The position numbers were made by a program, and so were the translations under genes. The notes beneath the pieces are model-generated. The model did no database searches. It saw only the letters and a program-made list of their open reading frames with translations, and was not told the origin of the DNA. DNA of 36,820 bases from Catajapyx aquilonaris (taxonomy: Eukaryota), in contig KZ539009.1 of the NCBI GenBank assembly GCA_000934665.2, forward strand, positions 1 to 36,820, read 5' to 3'. Position 1 is the first letter of the stretch; each line of letters opens with the position of its first letter. Below, piece after piece: positions 35,452 to 36,820 of this stretch.

Positions 35452-36016
35452 TCGATCTGAAGCGCGTTATTACAGATGTTTGTGCGGATTGGATTTCTAA
35501 GAACTCATAAGTACTGGATATATCTTCAGCAAAAGTGTCACCCGATCTGGCACGAACATCACGGTAGAATTGGTCGTCATAAAGGTGATAAAAGTTGGCG
35601 TGTCGAGCGGATTAATGCGCCTCACGTGAAGGGTTGTTTCTCCCCTCCCCTTCTCCTTGCTGCGGCAAAAAAAATATATAACTCGAGGTATAATAACACC
35701 GGTTCCAAGCCCTGCCCATAAGTCATATTCAATTACGGGGCAGGGGTTTTCCTTACTCGTAATTTTTATGCCTTTGTTTCAAAATGAGTTGGCTCCGGTT
35801 ATGATTTTCGCGGTTGGGAGTTGGGGAAAGGGGGTAAAAAAGTGGTAACTTTATCATTCCCAGTGGCAGGGGTTGCGGGGAAATGAAATTGCTCCTACTT
35901 TTTTATATTTTACGACCGGAACAGATAGCGAAATCTGCGAATTGCTTCTGCGATTCGGTTGAAATGTCAGATGGCAAAAAACGGCTATTAACACTCGAAT
36001 CAGGTGCTATTATTTA

Positions 36017-36082
36017 CATAGGGGTGTCCAATTAAGATGTTGGACGCTAGTAGGGGCGCCACAGTCGTCGGACGCCATCTTG
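36017..36082. repeat. Possible third, diverged copy of the dispersed repeat, preceded by a TIR-like end
   Basis: Seen: ACATAGGGGTGTCCAATTAAGATG, then GGACGCTAGTAGGGGCGCCACA…ACGCCATCTTG. It shares the GGACGCTA / GGGCGC / CGCCATCT blocks with copies 1 and 2. Confidence 0.4.
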
Positions 36083-36820
36083 GGGGCAAATTTCCATTAA
36101 TCTCCTTGGAGTACTCCGTTAATGCAGTGCAGAATAGCGCCTGCCCATTTCATAATGAATCAAATTGTCTGACGCGGGCGGCTAAGGCATGCGAACGCTC
36201 CTCTTCCTCTGAATAATTCAAGCCGCACAATAAGCCATTTACTAACAAGTGACAGTTAAAAGCAATTTATTTTGGTGGGGGGGAGGGATGTTCTAGCCGA
36301 AAAGTTAGGCTGAATTATTCATCGCTGAATCGACAACGGCAGAGTTATTCCGGTAGATGGCGGGCCGGTGCCCCACCGATACGGAGCATGTTTTGTTTTA
36401 AATGAAACATCAATAGATGGGGTTTTTTTTCAAGGTGAGTGGTCGCGATGGCGGCTTCAGGTTGACGGGTGCGGGGGATTTGGACGGTCTTTGCTAAAAG
36501 ATTGGACGACTGCGAGCGCACTCTGGCACATAATGGAGCCGGAAAATCTCCGTTGTGATTCTGGTGGGAATGAGACCTGTAGAGACACCCCTCTGGAAAG
36601 AAAAAAAAAAGTGGGGAGGGAGACACCTGATTTGGGATAAATAAACGAGATTCCTACGGGAGTCGTGGAGTCCCGAATTTTTTCCCCCCTCCCCCTTTGC
36701 TCCAGTAAAGTTAGTTCAGGAACAAAAAAAAAAAAACGCGTTTTTTTTCAGGGAGCCTTTATCTCAGGAGTCCTTTTTCTTCCCGGCTCGGGGAGATCGG
36801 ACAACCTGGCGAACGCCACA

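Noticed and set aside
1..36820. Prokaryotic, phage, defence or CRISPR system
   Set aside because: There is no gene-dense organisation, no ORF over 181 aa and no repeat-spacer array. Spliceosomal signals, microsatellites and homopolymers indicate eukaryotic intronic DNA.
36751..36820. Possible exon start after TTTTTTTTCAG at the window end
   Set aside because: It is truncated by the window edge with no donor visible, so it cannot be evaluated.

Overview
This is eukaryotic genomic DNA, not prokaryotic. It looks like an arthropod, probably an insect; that is inferred from the splice-signal style, CAGGGTG-type transposon ends and motif content. No long ORF, rRNA, tRNA or CRISPR array is visible, and the ORF track is almost entirely spurious. 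The window is best read as the mostly intronic interior of one large + strand gene. Three phase-0, frame-preserving exons have good splice signals: 6259-6408 (150 nt), 22752-22862 (111 nt) and 29462-29497 (a 36-nt microexon). They join into a 99-aa hydrophilic, probably disordered peptide that I cannot assign to a named gene. Non-coding structure includes two back-to-back long palindromes (3576-3729) followed by three evenly spaced CCAAT boxes, and a candidate TA-flanked Tc1/mariner-type MITE just downstream of exon B. There is also a ~52-bp dispersed repeat carrying CTCF-like motifs, three related 21-22-bp AT-rich minisatellites, a triple TGACCT (DR4) array, DRE-like clusters, and many poly-G/poly-C tracts that coincide with assembly Ns. 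I cannot demonstrate a novel system from sequence alone. The most unusual items are the double palindrome, the stacked acceptors at exon A and the microexon.
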